64,000 bases of DNA from Antedon mediterranea (taxonomy: Eukaryota; Animalia; Echinodermata): NCBI RefSeq assembly GCF_964355755.1, contig NC_092672.1:33114437-33178436 (forward strand), given 5' to 3'. Below, piece by piece: positions 27,218 through 40,700 of this stretch. Numbering within the stretch: position 1 is the first letter of the stretch; the number at the start of each line of letters is the position of its first letter. The position numbers and the translations under genes were made by a program. The notes beneath the pieces are model-generated. The model saw nothing but the letters and a program-made list of their open reading frames with translations. It had not been told where the DNA came from and ran no database searches.

Positions 27218-27493
27218 TTAACATTTAACCTTACTTTCAGATTTGTTGCCAAAATTCTTTCGAATGATCTCAGCCTTGTTTGCAGCTGCATGCTGCTGGA
27301 TGGTTGGTGAGACCGTTGAACATTTCCCGATGTTGTGTATAGACTTTCTGCCTCCTGCGGTGGCCACAAGTGGTACAAAATACGCTTGTCTTCCGTTCAT
27401 AATTGACACTTTTGGCTGGACTTGAGAGCTACCAAAGCGATCACACAAATGTTTCCAAACTTGCCTCCAAAAATAATATCCACGGTTCGCCAT
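27218..27493 (-). pseudogene. Small nuclease-domain paralog with the catalytic segment deleted
   Basis: MANRGYYFWRQV...NGRQAYFV joined directly to LVATAGG: ADF Asp changed to Tyr and the WEAK...VDQ block is missing. Confidence 0.75.
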
Positions 27494-27727
27494 TCTGTAG
27501 AAGAAATGTCTAGCGGTCACATTCTATCCTTGGAATGAGGACTTGAAAATGGGGTTGGGATGAGTCTCGGTGCTAATTGTTCGTTATAATAAACGTGAAC
27601 AAATAAAACACTTACCTTTAAAGTATGTTTCTAAAGCGACACGAACATGATCAAATTATCATGATTTTCTTCTGGCAAAACTGTAAATATCTTGTTAAAA
27701 CTTAGAATGGTATAAAATCTTCAAGTG

Positions 27728-27810
27728 ATGATTGGTTAAAACTCTTCCTGTTATGATACAGAAACTGCATATTTTGTTGAAATCAAGCATTACGTAATTC
27801 TGGAAAATCC
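27728..27810 (-). promoter_or_regulatory. Shared promoter module
   Basis: tgattggttaaaactcttcctg...cattacgtaattctggaaaatcc; leader donor cttacct at 27611-27617. Confidence 0.7.
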
Positions 27811-29559
27811 AAGATATTTGTAATATAAACGGAAACAAGAATCAGGCGTTATGTCAGTTTTATTTTTTTTAAATATGTAATATGCTTTATTCTCGTTAAA
27901 CTGACTTATTTAAGTAGTAACAGTAGCAGTATTTAATTTATTATTTTGTTAGTAAAACACAAATTCACATTATTTATTCAAACTCGAAGAAATATACAAA
28001 TATGACTGTACTTATCAAAACAATTTATTTTATATATATTTATTTGCCTGTTATATAGGTAGCTAGAAATACAAGTGTCATTTTACTCGCAATAGGGGAC
28101 CTATTTTTATTTACATATTTTTAAATGATTAAATAATCTCATGAAGCATCGTCTTTTGTTAATTATTTATTTATTAATGTTTTTTGTCCAAGCACAGGAA
28201 CAATTTGGACGGTCGCAACTAGTTCTTAATTTGTTACAAACGCCCTCTAAAAAGTTAAGAATCTTCACACGCTCTGGTTGTTGTCTACGGACGAAATTTG
28301 TTTACGATTTTAACAATCATGCCCTCATCTATGCCTTTATGATGTCACGTGTTCTTGTTGCCGCCACACCTCAAATCGGCAAATCATAATTCTTTTTTAA
28401 AATATTGTTGCCTACAGTTTTCTGTTCGAACGGAAGTGTTCATTACAGTTTGGTACCCACAGGCACAATAATCGCGAACAGAGAGAACAGGATAAATATT
28501 GTTAACAATTTATAAAACGTTGTCTTGGTAGTCTCGCATACTCGGAAGTTGTTCCTTCTCAGTTGGATTTGACCGGAACATCCGTTCGTGTTTCCAATAA
28601 CCACAATTGGACCGCCCTGGTTAGCCATACATGTATTTTTTTCTGTTTAAACAAAAACATAAATAAGTACTTAACATAATCCAGGAGCTAGAAAAAAATC
28701 CTGAAAATAAATGTGCGATGATCATAACAATGATGGACGCCGACGATAAATTATGTATCAAATAAATATTTAATAATTATTATGGAGTTACTGCTACAGT
28801 AGTAGCTTTTCCAGACATAAACTTTGATTGAAATTAGGCCTACATTGACGATGCAGCACTTACGGTTTTCAGCTTCTGTGCGGCGGATAAAAACTTCTCG
28901 AGTGCTTTAATAATTTTAATGTTAGACCCGAAGCTGTCTAAGTGGAATCACAATTAAAACATGAATTAATTTAGTAGCCTTATATAAAGACAATCATAAC
29001 AACATGTCCATTTGTGATTGGATTGAATTTATATGCTCTTTAAACATTGTGTCATTTTGGAAAACCCAATGTTTGGAAAAGTATGTGCTGGACTTTGATA
29101 ATGAAACCCACTTTATTTAATACTTTCTAATTCGGATGGATAGACACTTAATCGATAAACAAACAATTGAATTGCGTAAGTGTCAACATTACGCTGCCCG
29201 GTGAATTCGGGAATCACGTTGGAAATTCTAAAATTCCTTGTACATTATGAAAGTTATCGTTTTGACAATGGAGTACCGTGTCCGAGATTTGACTCTCCTG
29301 ATAGACCAGGGAAGAGTTAACTCTTCCCTGGTTAGACTACGTATCCGATTTACATAAACGGCAACTAAGCAGGAAAAAACAAAAGCAAAATTGTATACAT
29401 TTCTTGTTAATTTTATTTCATTCCCTGAAACTCAAATTTGATTCAATCAATGACGTGCTCAGGATAAGACGTGTATAGCGAGCGCTCCTCATTTGACTAC
29501 AATTTACACGGCGTGTACACAGCAAAATTTGAAATTCTAAGCAAGAAAAAAAAATCTTG

Positions 29560-31070
29560 TTTTAAGAAAAAATTCTTAAAATAAGTATTTTTTTTCTTGT
29601 CAAGATTTAAAATTACTTAAAACAAGAAATAATTTTCTATAAAAGACACATTTTCTTAAATTAAGTTTTGCAATATTCTTGAAAATGCTTATTACAAGAA
29701 ATATTTTACTTAAAATAAGAAGTCAATATCATTCTCTTCTTATTAAGAATAGTTTTGCTTAAAACAAGATTTGAAAATAATTAATTTGAAAAGTATTTTA
29801 CTTAAAATAAGAAATCAATATTATATTTATCCCTATCAAGAATAATTTTTCTTAAATCAAGATTGATGAATTCTAAAAATTACTTAAAACAATAAATATT
29901 TTTCTAGGTAAGACAAAGTTTCTTAAATTAGGTTTCGCAATATTCTTAAAAATACTTATTTTGAGAAATATTTTACTTAAAATAAGAAGTCAATTTCACA
30001 CTACCCTTATCAAGATTATTTTTACTTGAATCAAGATTCGCAATATTCTTGAAAATGCTTATTACAAGAAATATTTTACTTAAAATAAGAAGTCAATATC
30101 ATTCTCTTCTTATTAAGAATAGTTTTGCTTAAAACAAGATTTGAAAATACTTAATTTGAAAAGTATTTTACTTAAAATAAGAAATCAATATTATATTTAT
30201 CCCTATCAAGAATAATTTTTCTTAAATCAAGATTGATGAATTCTAAAAATTACTTAAAACAATAAATATTTTTCTAGGTAAGACAAAGTTTCTTAAATTA
30301 GGTTTCGCAATATTCTTAAAAATACTTATTTTGAGAAATGTTTTACTTAAAATAAGAAGTCAATATCATATTATCTTATCAAGACTATTTTTGCTTAAAT
30401 TGAGATTCGCAATATTTTAAAAAATACTTATTTTGAGAAATGTTTTACTTAAAATAAGAAGTCAATATCATACTATCTTATCAAGACTATTTTTACTTGA
30501 ATCAAGATTCGCAATATTCTTAAAAATACTTATTTTGAGAAATGTTTTACTTAAAATAAGAATTCAATATCATACTATCTTATCAAGACTATTTTTGCTT
30601 AAATTGAGATTCGCAATATTTTTAAAAATACTTATTTTGAAAAATGTTTTACTTAAAATAAGAAGTCAATATCATACTATCCTATCAAGACTATTTTTGC
30701 TTGAATTCAGATTCGCAATTTTCTGATTTTGAGAAATGTTTTACTTAAAATAAGAAGTCAATATCATACTATCTTATCAAGACTATTTTTACTTGAATCA
30801 AGATTCGCAATATTCTTTAAAATACTTATTTTGAGAAATGTTTTACTTAAAATAAGAAGTCAATATCATACTATCTTATCAAGACTATTTTTGCTTAAAT
30901 TGAGATTCGCAATATTTTTAAAAATACTTATTTTGAGAAATGTTTTACTTAAGATAAGAAGTCAATATCATACTATATCCTATCAAGACTATTTTTGCTT
31001 GAATTGAAGTCAATTCTATTTTAATATTCTTAAAAATACTTATTTTGAGAAATGTTTTACTTAAAATAGA
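29560..31070. repeat. Left subterminal array of the EnSpm element (~102-bp unit in its distal part)
   Basis: Recurring ttttacttaaaataagaagtcaatatcatactatcttatcaagact; 34-codon periodicity in the ORF track. Confidence 0.9.
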
Positions 31071-31504
31071 TTGTCAATATCCTTATATTCACACAACGGT
31101 AGAGCAGTTAGCACTTCAGTTTCAACTGATGAAAGAATCTGGGTAATCAAACTGTTTGTGCTTTGAATAATCGATTGCACTGCAACCTAAAGAAAATAAT
31201 ATTGATTTAATATTTTTTATATTCAAGTTTTAATATGTTTAAAAACTAAGTTGTGCTTTAGTTGGGGAGCTATGCAGCCTAACAAAAAAAATGTTATTTG
31301 TAACAATGAAATTGGTCACAAAAAAATGCAACATAAACTTAGCGTGTATAATGCCTAGGCCTAGTACCCAAGTCCTATAGTTACTATAGCTAATAGTCCT
31401 GTATAATAACAGTACCAGCAAGGCCTAGGAAATCGACGTATTTCTCTAATAAAAAATAGTTTAAAATGCATAATTGTTGTAATTTTAAAGCAAAATGGCT
31501 AGTA

Positions 31505-32040
31505 CCTGCGGAATCTTGTTTCTCTCCTTTAATTTTAGTAGAAAGACATCAGCATTTTTTATACTATTATCTGCTTGTTCATCCTCTAGTTAGTAGGCCT
31601 TCTTGCTGAGCATCAACAAGATCATTAATATTAATACAATCATTAACAGTATAACAATACTAGAATTATCACTACTACTATCGTCAGTTGATAAATCATC
31701 CCCGTTATAATAGTTTTTTTCTTCATTGACTTCGTCAGTCTCCTAGTCTAGGCCTAGTTCTACTTCATCCTCAATTGGCATCCTCGTTTTCTCCAGGCAT
31801 ACTTATACTGATGTTTCCATCGTCAACTGCAGGAGGTTGCCGATTGTTATACTCGTCCTTAAAATGGCGTCTTATGACATGCTTGTAAAACGAATTGTAA
31901 ATTCCAAAGCTTGCCGGGCAGCGAACCACCAATTCCACATGTTACTCGAAAATTCGGAGTATTTCCATGAATTGAATTATAATGCCTTAGCAAATAGGGT
32001 AGCAAATACTGTACCTACTTCAGTTTACTGGCACCAACTT
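31505..32040 (-). pseudogene. Remnant of EnSpm transposase N-terminus (C2H2-type zinc finger)
   Basis: Across frameshifts: IHGNTPNFRVTCGIGG/CPASFGIYNSFYKHVIRRH, an acidic linker, then FLLKLKERNKIPQ followed by a GT donor. Confidence 0.6.
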
Positions 32041-32400
32041 ATCGCTTTTTTTCGGACTGCAACAAACATGTGTCATTATTATTGTCTGTCGTATTACTGT
32101 TGGTCCAGACGTTTTATAGATTTGCTTTTACCACCATGGAGGTTTATACCTCCATGCTTTAACGTTGAGCAGTATAATGACCTTATACATTCTGGGTAAA
32201 AGGCCAGCGATAAATTTTTGGTTATACTGTAGTTGAAAAACAACACTGTGTGTGGTCGATGACCTAGCTCCCGGCGGGATCATGGCCAACGGTTTTTTAA
32301 AGTAATCATTCAAAATCTAGAGTTTGTAAGTAAAAGACACCTTTCATCGCAATTTATATATTAAATGCTTCAATAGGCCTAGTAAGATTAGTCTAATATA

Positions 32401-34510
32401 ATGTCGAAGGAAGACGCTTTGTTGAAGATCCGAGAAATAGATGAAGAAGTGGCCAACATTTTAACAGGTTCGTAGGCCTAATAATTATATTTTAATCTGC
32501 CAGCAGTCTAGGCCTAGCCTAGGCTCCTTCCTAGTAAGTAATACTGTAGGCCTGGAACTAGTAGGTCTAGGCTAGCCTACTATGCCTGTACTGACGGACA
32601 GGTGTATAGGTTTAGCTTAGCATTTTAGTTCAGACATTGACAGAGGGGACAAATATTGTCGGACCATGGACCTCCATGGTCGGACCTATTTCAGCTAGGT
32701 ATAAGGAAGGCCTAATAATAGATAATACAATTATAATGTAACAGTTATTTTGTAATGTAGCCATGAAATATCTACGAAGGATTATATTATATACACATAT
32801 TCCAATGAGAAATATAATGACATTTAAAAACACTTCTTTATATTTAATTAATTGTACACACTAAGTAATCCCCGAAGTGATCACATCGATATTGAAACTT
32901 AATGTTTTTAACTCTAAATTTAAAAAAAACATACTAAAAAAACAAACAAAAAACATACGTACTGCATAACTAAAATTGTTATATTAAATTTCTTTTTAAA
33001 AAACTGTGTTATTTACAATATCTTAAATTATTTGTTAGGTAATTGAAGAAGTTCGAAGGATACTAATTATTACTAGGCAAAGAGGAATGAAATACAAAAG
33101 AAAGCTTTTTAAACAAGTGCAAATTTTTCCAAAGAAGAGAATAATATAGTTTATTTTGGTATTTTAAAGAGAAACACCAGTCCTCCATCTGGTAAGTACA
33201 GTGTATGTTTTTGTACTTTTATCTATTCATAAATAGTTTTATAATGGACCAATGGTAGTGAGGAAATATATTGTGTACGTATTTTTAACAGCTTGGTTCG
33301 ACTCAAGCTAGTGTCATGCACTCCTCCCTTTGACAACTAAAATTAAATAAATGACTTATGAATATTAATTTTTGACATATTAATGCTCTCCTGGCCAGCC
33401 CACCATTTCCCCTTCCTTTTACATTGACCACCTACAAAACTGTAGGCTACATTATTAAAAATTTGAGCTACAGTATATCAAGTTTATGTCCATACATTAT
33501 TCCACTCATTTAAATAAATTTATATAATATAATGTTTTCAATTTGTTATTTTTGGTTAGGTTCAAAGATAACCCATATGTTGTCAAATCTGTCAAACATA
33601 TTTGTTGGGAAAAACTCATCAAAAAAAGTCTGCCGACCTTGAAGGTATTTTAAATTTAAAATACAAGTAACATTATGTACATTAAAAAAAAATATCTTAA
33701 AGTGTTTTTTTTAAATCAAATTTATCTTAGCTTAAAATTCGAGGTATATACTATGTTTACAATAATTTATTAAAATCAAACAATTAAACAAAATTTACAT
33801 TTAATTGTATGATTGTTATTATAAACATTGATACGGAATAAAAACATCAATCAGGATTGAGCACCGTTTTGCGTATTGTCTTCCTAAATAGTAATATTAA
33901 AAATAAATTTAGACCCTAATAATTTAACTAAAAATAATAGATACAGCCAGGCCTGTCTTTGGGATCGGTATAAACAGGGCAAAGTTTGTGATTAAAAAGT
34001 TCAAATGCATATTCCACCCACCTTATAATGTAAAATTATTCTTACCACCGTTCTAATATTGCGTCATGTTTTTGTGTTTACCGCCCCAGATATAGGACTC
34101 TAAAACCACACCGTACCCAATTAGTTGATGATGTTACACATATTTTAAATACAGTAATAACTAAAACTATATTAATCTCTTTTCATTTAGGAACATGAAT
34201 AAAGATCCAGAATCCTGGTCTTCACGCCGATCAGGTAATATGCCGGTATTGCTTTTGGACACAGAAATGGCCTACATTAAAGTTTAGCAAACAATTCTAA
34301 CTACAAAGAAAGCAAAATTAGATGAGGCTCTAGTTACTCTCCTCTCCACTTTTTACCTTCTGGATTTCGATTATCCAAAATGAAAAGAAGTAGGCCTCAC
34401 TATCCTTTAACAGTTAGTGATTTGTGATGAAAACACACCTGTACACTTGACAAAGGCTGTTGAATCATCATTAGTATACATTAATACATTTAAAGACACC
34501 TCTAATAGTT
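32401..34510 (+). pseudogene. Decayed spliced accessory ORF of the EnSpm element (SAMD3-like C-terminus)
   Basis: First exon MSKEDALLKIREIDEEVANILT|gt; terminal exon ~34190-34510 contains LDEALVTLLSTFYLLDFDYPK with in-frame stops. Confidence 0.55.
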
Positions 34511-34964
34511 TAAAGCCCAGGTGCGGGAGAAGAATTTTACGAAATTTGTATTTTACCATTTTAATGTTTTTAAGTTTTCTTTTGATGGCATTTTATTATT
34601 AATAAAAACAAGTTTGTTTTAAAGAAGTTGTATATATTATTGTACCTAATGTCATGTAAATTGTAGTTCTTAATGAAAATAACAGTATTGTTAATATTAT
34701 GTTTTATAACATTCTTGAATTTATTTGTTTAAGTAAAATATTTCTTAAAATGAGTATTCATTTATCGTTCTTAAAATAAATTTTTAATGATTTATATTTT
34801 ATAGAATTCTTGTTTCAAGCAATTTTTTTCCCAATATAAGTAAGAATTTACGAATTTTAATTTGATAGAATTCTTGTTTCAAGCAATACTTTTCTTAAAA
34901 TAAGTAAACATTTACTGGTTTTTATTTGATAGACTTCTTGTTTACTTATTTTAAAAAAAGTTTT

Positions 34965-36430
34965 GCTTGAAACAAGAATTCTACAAATAAAAATCGGAAT
35001 ATTCTTACTTATTTTAAGAAATATATTGCTTGAAACAAGAAAACTAAAAATATAAATCGGAATATTCTTACTTATTTTAAGAAAAATATTGCTTGAAACA
35101 AGAATTCAAAAAATACAAATCGGAATATTCTTACTTATTTTAAGAAAAATATTGCTTGAAACAAGAATTCTACAAATAAAAATCGGAATATTCTTACTTA
35201 TTTTAAGAAATATATTGCTTGAAACAAGAATTCAAAAAATACAAATCGGAATATTCTTACTTATTTTAAGAAAAATATTGCTTGAAACAAGAATTCAAAA
35301 AATACAAATCGGAATATTCTTACTTATTTTAAGAAAAATATTGCTTGAAACAAGAATTCAAAAAATACAAATCGGAATATTCTTACTTATTTTAAGAAAT
35401 ATATTGCTTGAAACAAGAATATTAAAATTAAAAATCGGAATATTCTTACTTATTTTAAGAAAAATATTGCTTAAAACAAGAATTCTAAAAAATACAAATC
35501 GGAATATTCTTACTTATTTTAAGAAAAATATTGCTTGAAACAAGAATTCTACAAATAAAAATCGGAATATTCTTACTTATTTTAAGAAATATTTTGCTTG
35601 AAACAAGAATTCAAAAAATACAAATCGGAATATTCTTACTTATTTTAAGAAAAAAATTGCTTGAAACAAGAATTCAAAAAATACAAATCGGAATATTCTT
35701 ACTTATTTTAAGAAAAATATTGCTTGAAACAAGAATTCAAAAAATACAAATCGGAATATTCTTACTTATTTTAAGAAATATATTGCTTGAAACAAGAATA
35801 TTAAAATTAAAAATCGGAATATTCTTACTTATTTTAAGAAAAATATTGCTTAAAACAAGAATTCTAAAAAATACAAATCGGAATATTCTTACTTATTTTA
35901 AGAAAAATATTGCTTGAAACAAGAATTCTACAAATAAAAATCGGAATATTCTTACTTATTTTAAGAAATATATTGCTTGAAACAAGAAAACTAAAAATAT
36001 AAATCGGAATATTCTTACTTATTTTAAGAAAAATATTGCTTGAAACAAGAATTCAAAAAATACAAATCGGAATATTCTTACTTATTTTAAGAAAAATATT
36101 GCTTGAAACAAGAATTCTACAAATAAAAATCGGAATATTCTTACTTATTTTAAGAAATATATTGCTTGAAACAAGAATTCAAAAAATACAAATCGGAATA
36201 TTCTTACTTATTTTAAGAAAAATATTGCTTGAAACAAGAATTCAAAAAATACAAATCGGAATATTCTTACTTATTTTAAGAAAAATATTGCTTGAAACAA
36301 GAATTCAAAAAATACAAATCGGAATATTCTTACTTATTTTAAGAAATATATTGCTTGAAACAAGAATTCAAAAAATAAAAATCGGAATATTCTTACTTAT
36401 TTTAAGGCAGATACTGCTTAAAACAAGAAT
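34965..36430. repeat. 63-bp tandem array (~23 units), right subterminal region of the EnSpm element
   Basis: Unit gcttgaaacaagaattcaaaaaatacaaatcggaatattcttacttattttaagaaaaatatt with small variants. Confidence 0.95.
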
Positions 36431-36666
36431 GAAAAAAGCAATTAAATTCTTGGTAAGAATATTGTTCTTAAAGTATTATTTCTTGGTAAGAATAATTTTT
36501 TTGATAAGAATTTGTGTGATTCTTGTTAAGAATTTTACGATTCTTGGTAAGCCAAAAAGTATTGAAATACGGACAAGTCAAAATTTACTTGTTTCAAGAA
36601 ATATTTTGCTTGAAACAAGTTTTTTTTTTCTTAAAACAAGAATCAGAATTTTGCTGTGTATGCATC

Positions 36667-37356
36667 ATGGCCACCAAACCCAAGACTCGCTCTCGCCCAG
36701 CCGATATTGAAAGTGCTTGTTCCAACCCTGTGGACTTTAACAATTTTGTACATGCTTCCCTAAAATCATTATTAGATGGGCAGGCAAAAATTAAAGAGGA
36801 TTTGAACCAAGCTATTGGATTTAACTCGGACAGAATCGCAGCACTCGAAGAAAACGATATTATCAAGGCTAACAAGATTGGTCAACTCGAACAAACGGTT
36901 GATAAACTATCATCTACGGTTGCGAAGCTCGAACTAGAGGCCAACAAATCCGAACGCTTCAGCCGACGTAACAACGTTCGAATTGTGGGACTTAAAGAAG
37001 AATCAGGTGAGGATTGTGTTGTCTTGGCCAGGAACATTCTAATAGATAACTTTGAATTTAGTGAAATACCAACGATAGAGCGTGCACATCGAGTCGGTCC
37101 TGTACTGCCGGTGAGGCCCCGACACATCATAATTAAACTACTTAGTTATAACTCTAAAGTTCAAGTCATGAAACAGAAGAATATTGCCTTACAAGATAAA
37201 CAGTTTTACGTGATAGATGATCTGACCTTAGTGGATTATAAAGAAAAGAAGAAATGGAAATTTCAAGTTAAAGCTTTATATGACAATGGAACTAAACTTA
37301 AATTCTCTGCTGGTAAATGGCGAACTTCTACGGGGACTCCCTATATATTCAAGTAA
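36667..37356 (+). CDS. LINE ORF1 (coiled coil + L1-type RRM/CTD), 229 aa
   Basis: ATG at 36667; heptad region then RRNNVRIVGLKE, IERAHRVG, PRHIIIKL, IDDLT motifs. Confidence 0.88.
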   Translation: MATKPKTRSRPADIESACSNPVDFNNFVHASLKSLLDGQAKIKEDLNQAIGFNSDRIAALEENDIIKANKIGQLEQTVDKLSSTVAKLELEANKSERFSRRNNVRIVGLKEESGEDCVVLARNILIDNFEFSEIPTIERAHRVGPVLPVRPRHIIIKLLSYNSKVQVMKQKNIALQDKQFYVIDDLTLVDYKEKKKWKFQVKALYDNGTKLKFSAGKWRTSTGTPYIFK

Positions 37357-37705
37357 CTTTTACGGTGTTTTGAGGAACTGGGATATGAATGGTTTCTTTT
37401 TCTCTGCCTTCTTTCATTTTGTAATGTCAGTATATTTAACCTGGCTTTGCTTGTTTAAATTCCAAGCATGTCCGCTACGTACCATTATGCAAATTATACC
37501 TTTGCATACCCGGTTGCATACCTAATGAATTATTCTCCGTTTTATACACGGGGAGTGCAACGCTTACGCTACCTATGTATTAGTAATACGGCAGCACTAA
37601 ACAGAATTGTTTTATGTTTAATTATTGTTATATTTAGTTTTTTATTTTATTATATTATTGTTAACTTTTACCTAATGTTTAAATTATCTATGATACCTAT
37701 AATTA

Positions 37706-40700
37706 ATGTGCCAATCCAACCCTACAACTGATGTGAAATTTAACCCCTTTGTGGCATACGAGAACATGAATATTAACGAAAATGTTGATCCACATTCTCA
37801 AGTTTATGCTAGTTTAAATGAATCTAATTATTTTGATCCAGAAACATTCTCAGAGAATTTCTCTAAGCATAACAATGATAAAAATATTTTGTCTACTATC
37901 CATTTTAATACACGTAGTCTCTTGGGCAAGATGGATTCTTTAAAACGTTTTCTTCTTACTCTTGAATTTGACTTTGATGTTATTGCTATTACTGAATCTT
38001 GGCTACAGTTTGACAATAATCCCCTAACAGATATGCCAGGTTATAATATTTTTTCTAGAAATAGGAAATCTAAGGCGGGTGGTGGCGTAGCCCTATACGT
38101 ACGAAACAATGTATCAGTTACTGTCCGTAATGATTTAACAACAGATGAATCAATATGTGAATCGATATTTATTGAAATAGAACAGATACATGGGAAAAAT
38201 ATCATCGTGGGAACAATCTATCGTGCTCCGTCTTTGAATATCAATGCATTCAATGATATCCTAGATAACCTACTTCATACTCTTTCAACTGAAAATAAGC
38301 TGGTATATCTGTTGGGTGATTTCAATATAGATATTTTGCAATATACTTATGAAACCACAACTAACAATTTTGTAAACACTCTTTTTAGCAACTTTTATTT
38401 ACCGCTAATACTTAGACCTACTAGGATAACATCAAATAGTGCTACTCTTATTGATAACATATTAACCAACCAGCCTGATTTACACCTCGCTAGTGGTCAG
38501 CTCTATTGCGATATTTCCGATCACCTACCTGTTTTTTCTATATCTACCTTAACATACAAAAATAATCAAGCAGTCAGTAGACCTCCAAATAAACCTTTTA
38601 GGAAAATTAATGAAAATAACATCGAACAATTTAAACGAGAGCTTAGCGTAATAACATGGAACGATGTGAACTTATTGCAAGAACCTAATCAAGCTTATAA
38701 TACTTTTGAAACTAAATTAAAACTTTTATATAATAAACATTTTCCAATGACTACGCAAAGTAAAAAAAACACAAAATTAAAACCTTGGATGTCAAATGGT
38801 CTGTTGCAATCTACTAAATATAAACACAAGTTATATGCTAAATACCTAAATAATCCTACCAATCATAATAAAATAAAATACACTAAATTCCGTAATACCT
38901 TAAATTCACTTATTAAACGTGTTAAAACCGAATACTATCAAAACAGATTCACTCAATGTCAACATGATATTAAAGGTACTTGGCGCGTAATTAACTCCTT
39001 GATTAAAAGGTCTCCGAATTTGAATACGAAAGTTGTTCTAACAGGCAATAATGGTGAATCCATTGAAGACCCGTCTCAAATCGCAAATGAATTCAATAAG
39101 TTTTTTGTCGAAATTGGACCAACTCTTTCAAAAAAATTGCCAACCGATCAATCTGATTTTAAAACGTATTTGCCCTTACCTACTTTAAACTCTTTATTTA
39201 TGTGTCCAGTGTCTGATACAGAAATTATAGATATTGTCAAATGTTTTAAAACTAATAAAGCGCAAGGACTTGATGAATTCAGTCCAAAAGTTATTAAACA
39301 ATCAATTTCCCTTTTGGTTAAACCTCTATGTCACATATTTAATCTGTCTTTAACAAAAGGAGTTTTTCCAAATAAATTGAAATTGGCAAGAGTTACTCCC
39401 ATCTTTAAAGCAGGAAAAAAGGACACTTTATCTAATTACCGACCGATCTCAGTCCTTTCGCTATTTTCTAAAATATTAGAAAGAATTATCTATAATAGAA
39501 CCTATGCCTTTATGGAAAAAAATAATATTCTATTCAATAAGCAATTTGGATTTCGCAAACATTTTGATACCGCAATGGCCTTAATTGATTTGTCCAATGA
39601 AATAATAGATGCATTTGAAAATGATGAGTTTGCAATTGGTGTTTTTGTCGATCTATCGAAAGCATTCGATACCATTAACCATCCCATTCTTCTTTCAAAA
39701 CTGTATCACTATGGTATTCGCGGTGTTCCTCTCAATTTATTTAAGAGCTATTTATCTAACCGCTACCAATGTACCAAGTTTTGTGATTCCCAATCTGACT
39801 ATTTGCCTATTACCTGTGGAGTACCACAAGGTTCATTACTAGGTCCTCTTCTGTTTCTTTTATATGTGAATGATATTTACAATTCGTCAGTATCTTTATC
39901 TTACTTTTTATATGCAGATGACACAACACTAATCTGTAAAAATCGACACTTAGAGTCGTTATTTAACACTGTAAATACAAGTTTAATTAATGTATCCGAA
40001 TGGTTTCTGGCAAACAGCCTTTCTGTAAATCTAAAAAAGTGCAGCTATGTTTTGTTTAGAAGTAGTACGATGCCGATTAAATTAGGTCCATTGCAAATTA
40101 AACTAAATGGTTCTGTTCTCCCCATGGTCAATCATGCAAAATTTTTGGGTGTATCCATTGATAGTCGTCTGACATGGAAACCCCATGTTATTGAGACAGA
40201 AAACAAAATCTCAAAAAATATTGGTATAATTTGTAGACTGGCATCTTTTCTTCCACATCATATTCTCCGAACACTCTACTGCTCCCTTGTTTTGCCATAT
40301 CTTTTATATTGCAATATCGTTTGGTGTAACACATTCCCATCTAATTTAAATAAACTTCAAATACTACAAAAGAAAATCATTCGAATAATTTCGAATGTTT
40401 CACCTAGAACTAGTACAGATCCTTTATTTCGTTCTCTCAAATTATTAAAATTAACAGATATTAATATTTTCCAACAATGTTTATTTATTTACAAAAGCCA
40501 AAATGCTCTTCTTCCATCTCATTTACGCGATATGTTTTCTCCCAATTATGAATTTCACGGCTATTCCACAAGAATCCTCAATAACCTTCATATTCCTAAA
40601 CATAAAAAGACTTCTTTTCAACATAATATTAGATTTACTGGACCCAAGATATGGAACTCACTTCCTAACAAAATTACAACTTCTGCAAACAAACATAGCT

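Larger units (their letters stand above)
29518..36658. mobile_element. EnSpm/CACTA-type DNA transposon, defective, 7.1 kb
   Basis: TIR CACAGCAAAATT at both ends with 2-bp TA duplication; subterminal repeat arrays; decayed divergent ORFs inside. Confidence 0.85.

Noticed and set aside
34965-36430. CRISPR-like appearance of the regular array
   Set aside because: No unique spacers, no cas genes, eukaryotic context.
36523-36666. N-terminal extension of the 277-aa ORF
   Set aside because: It reads through the CACTA terminus; the credible ORF1 start is the ATG at 36667.
35089-36710. Repetitive ORFs (LETRIQKIQIGIFLLILR)n; also 30433-31007 and 53618-53848
   Set aside because: Translations of tandem repeats whose unit length is a multiple of 3, inside transposons.
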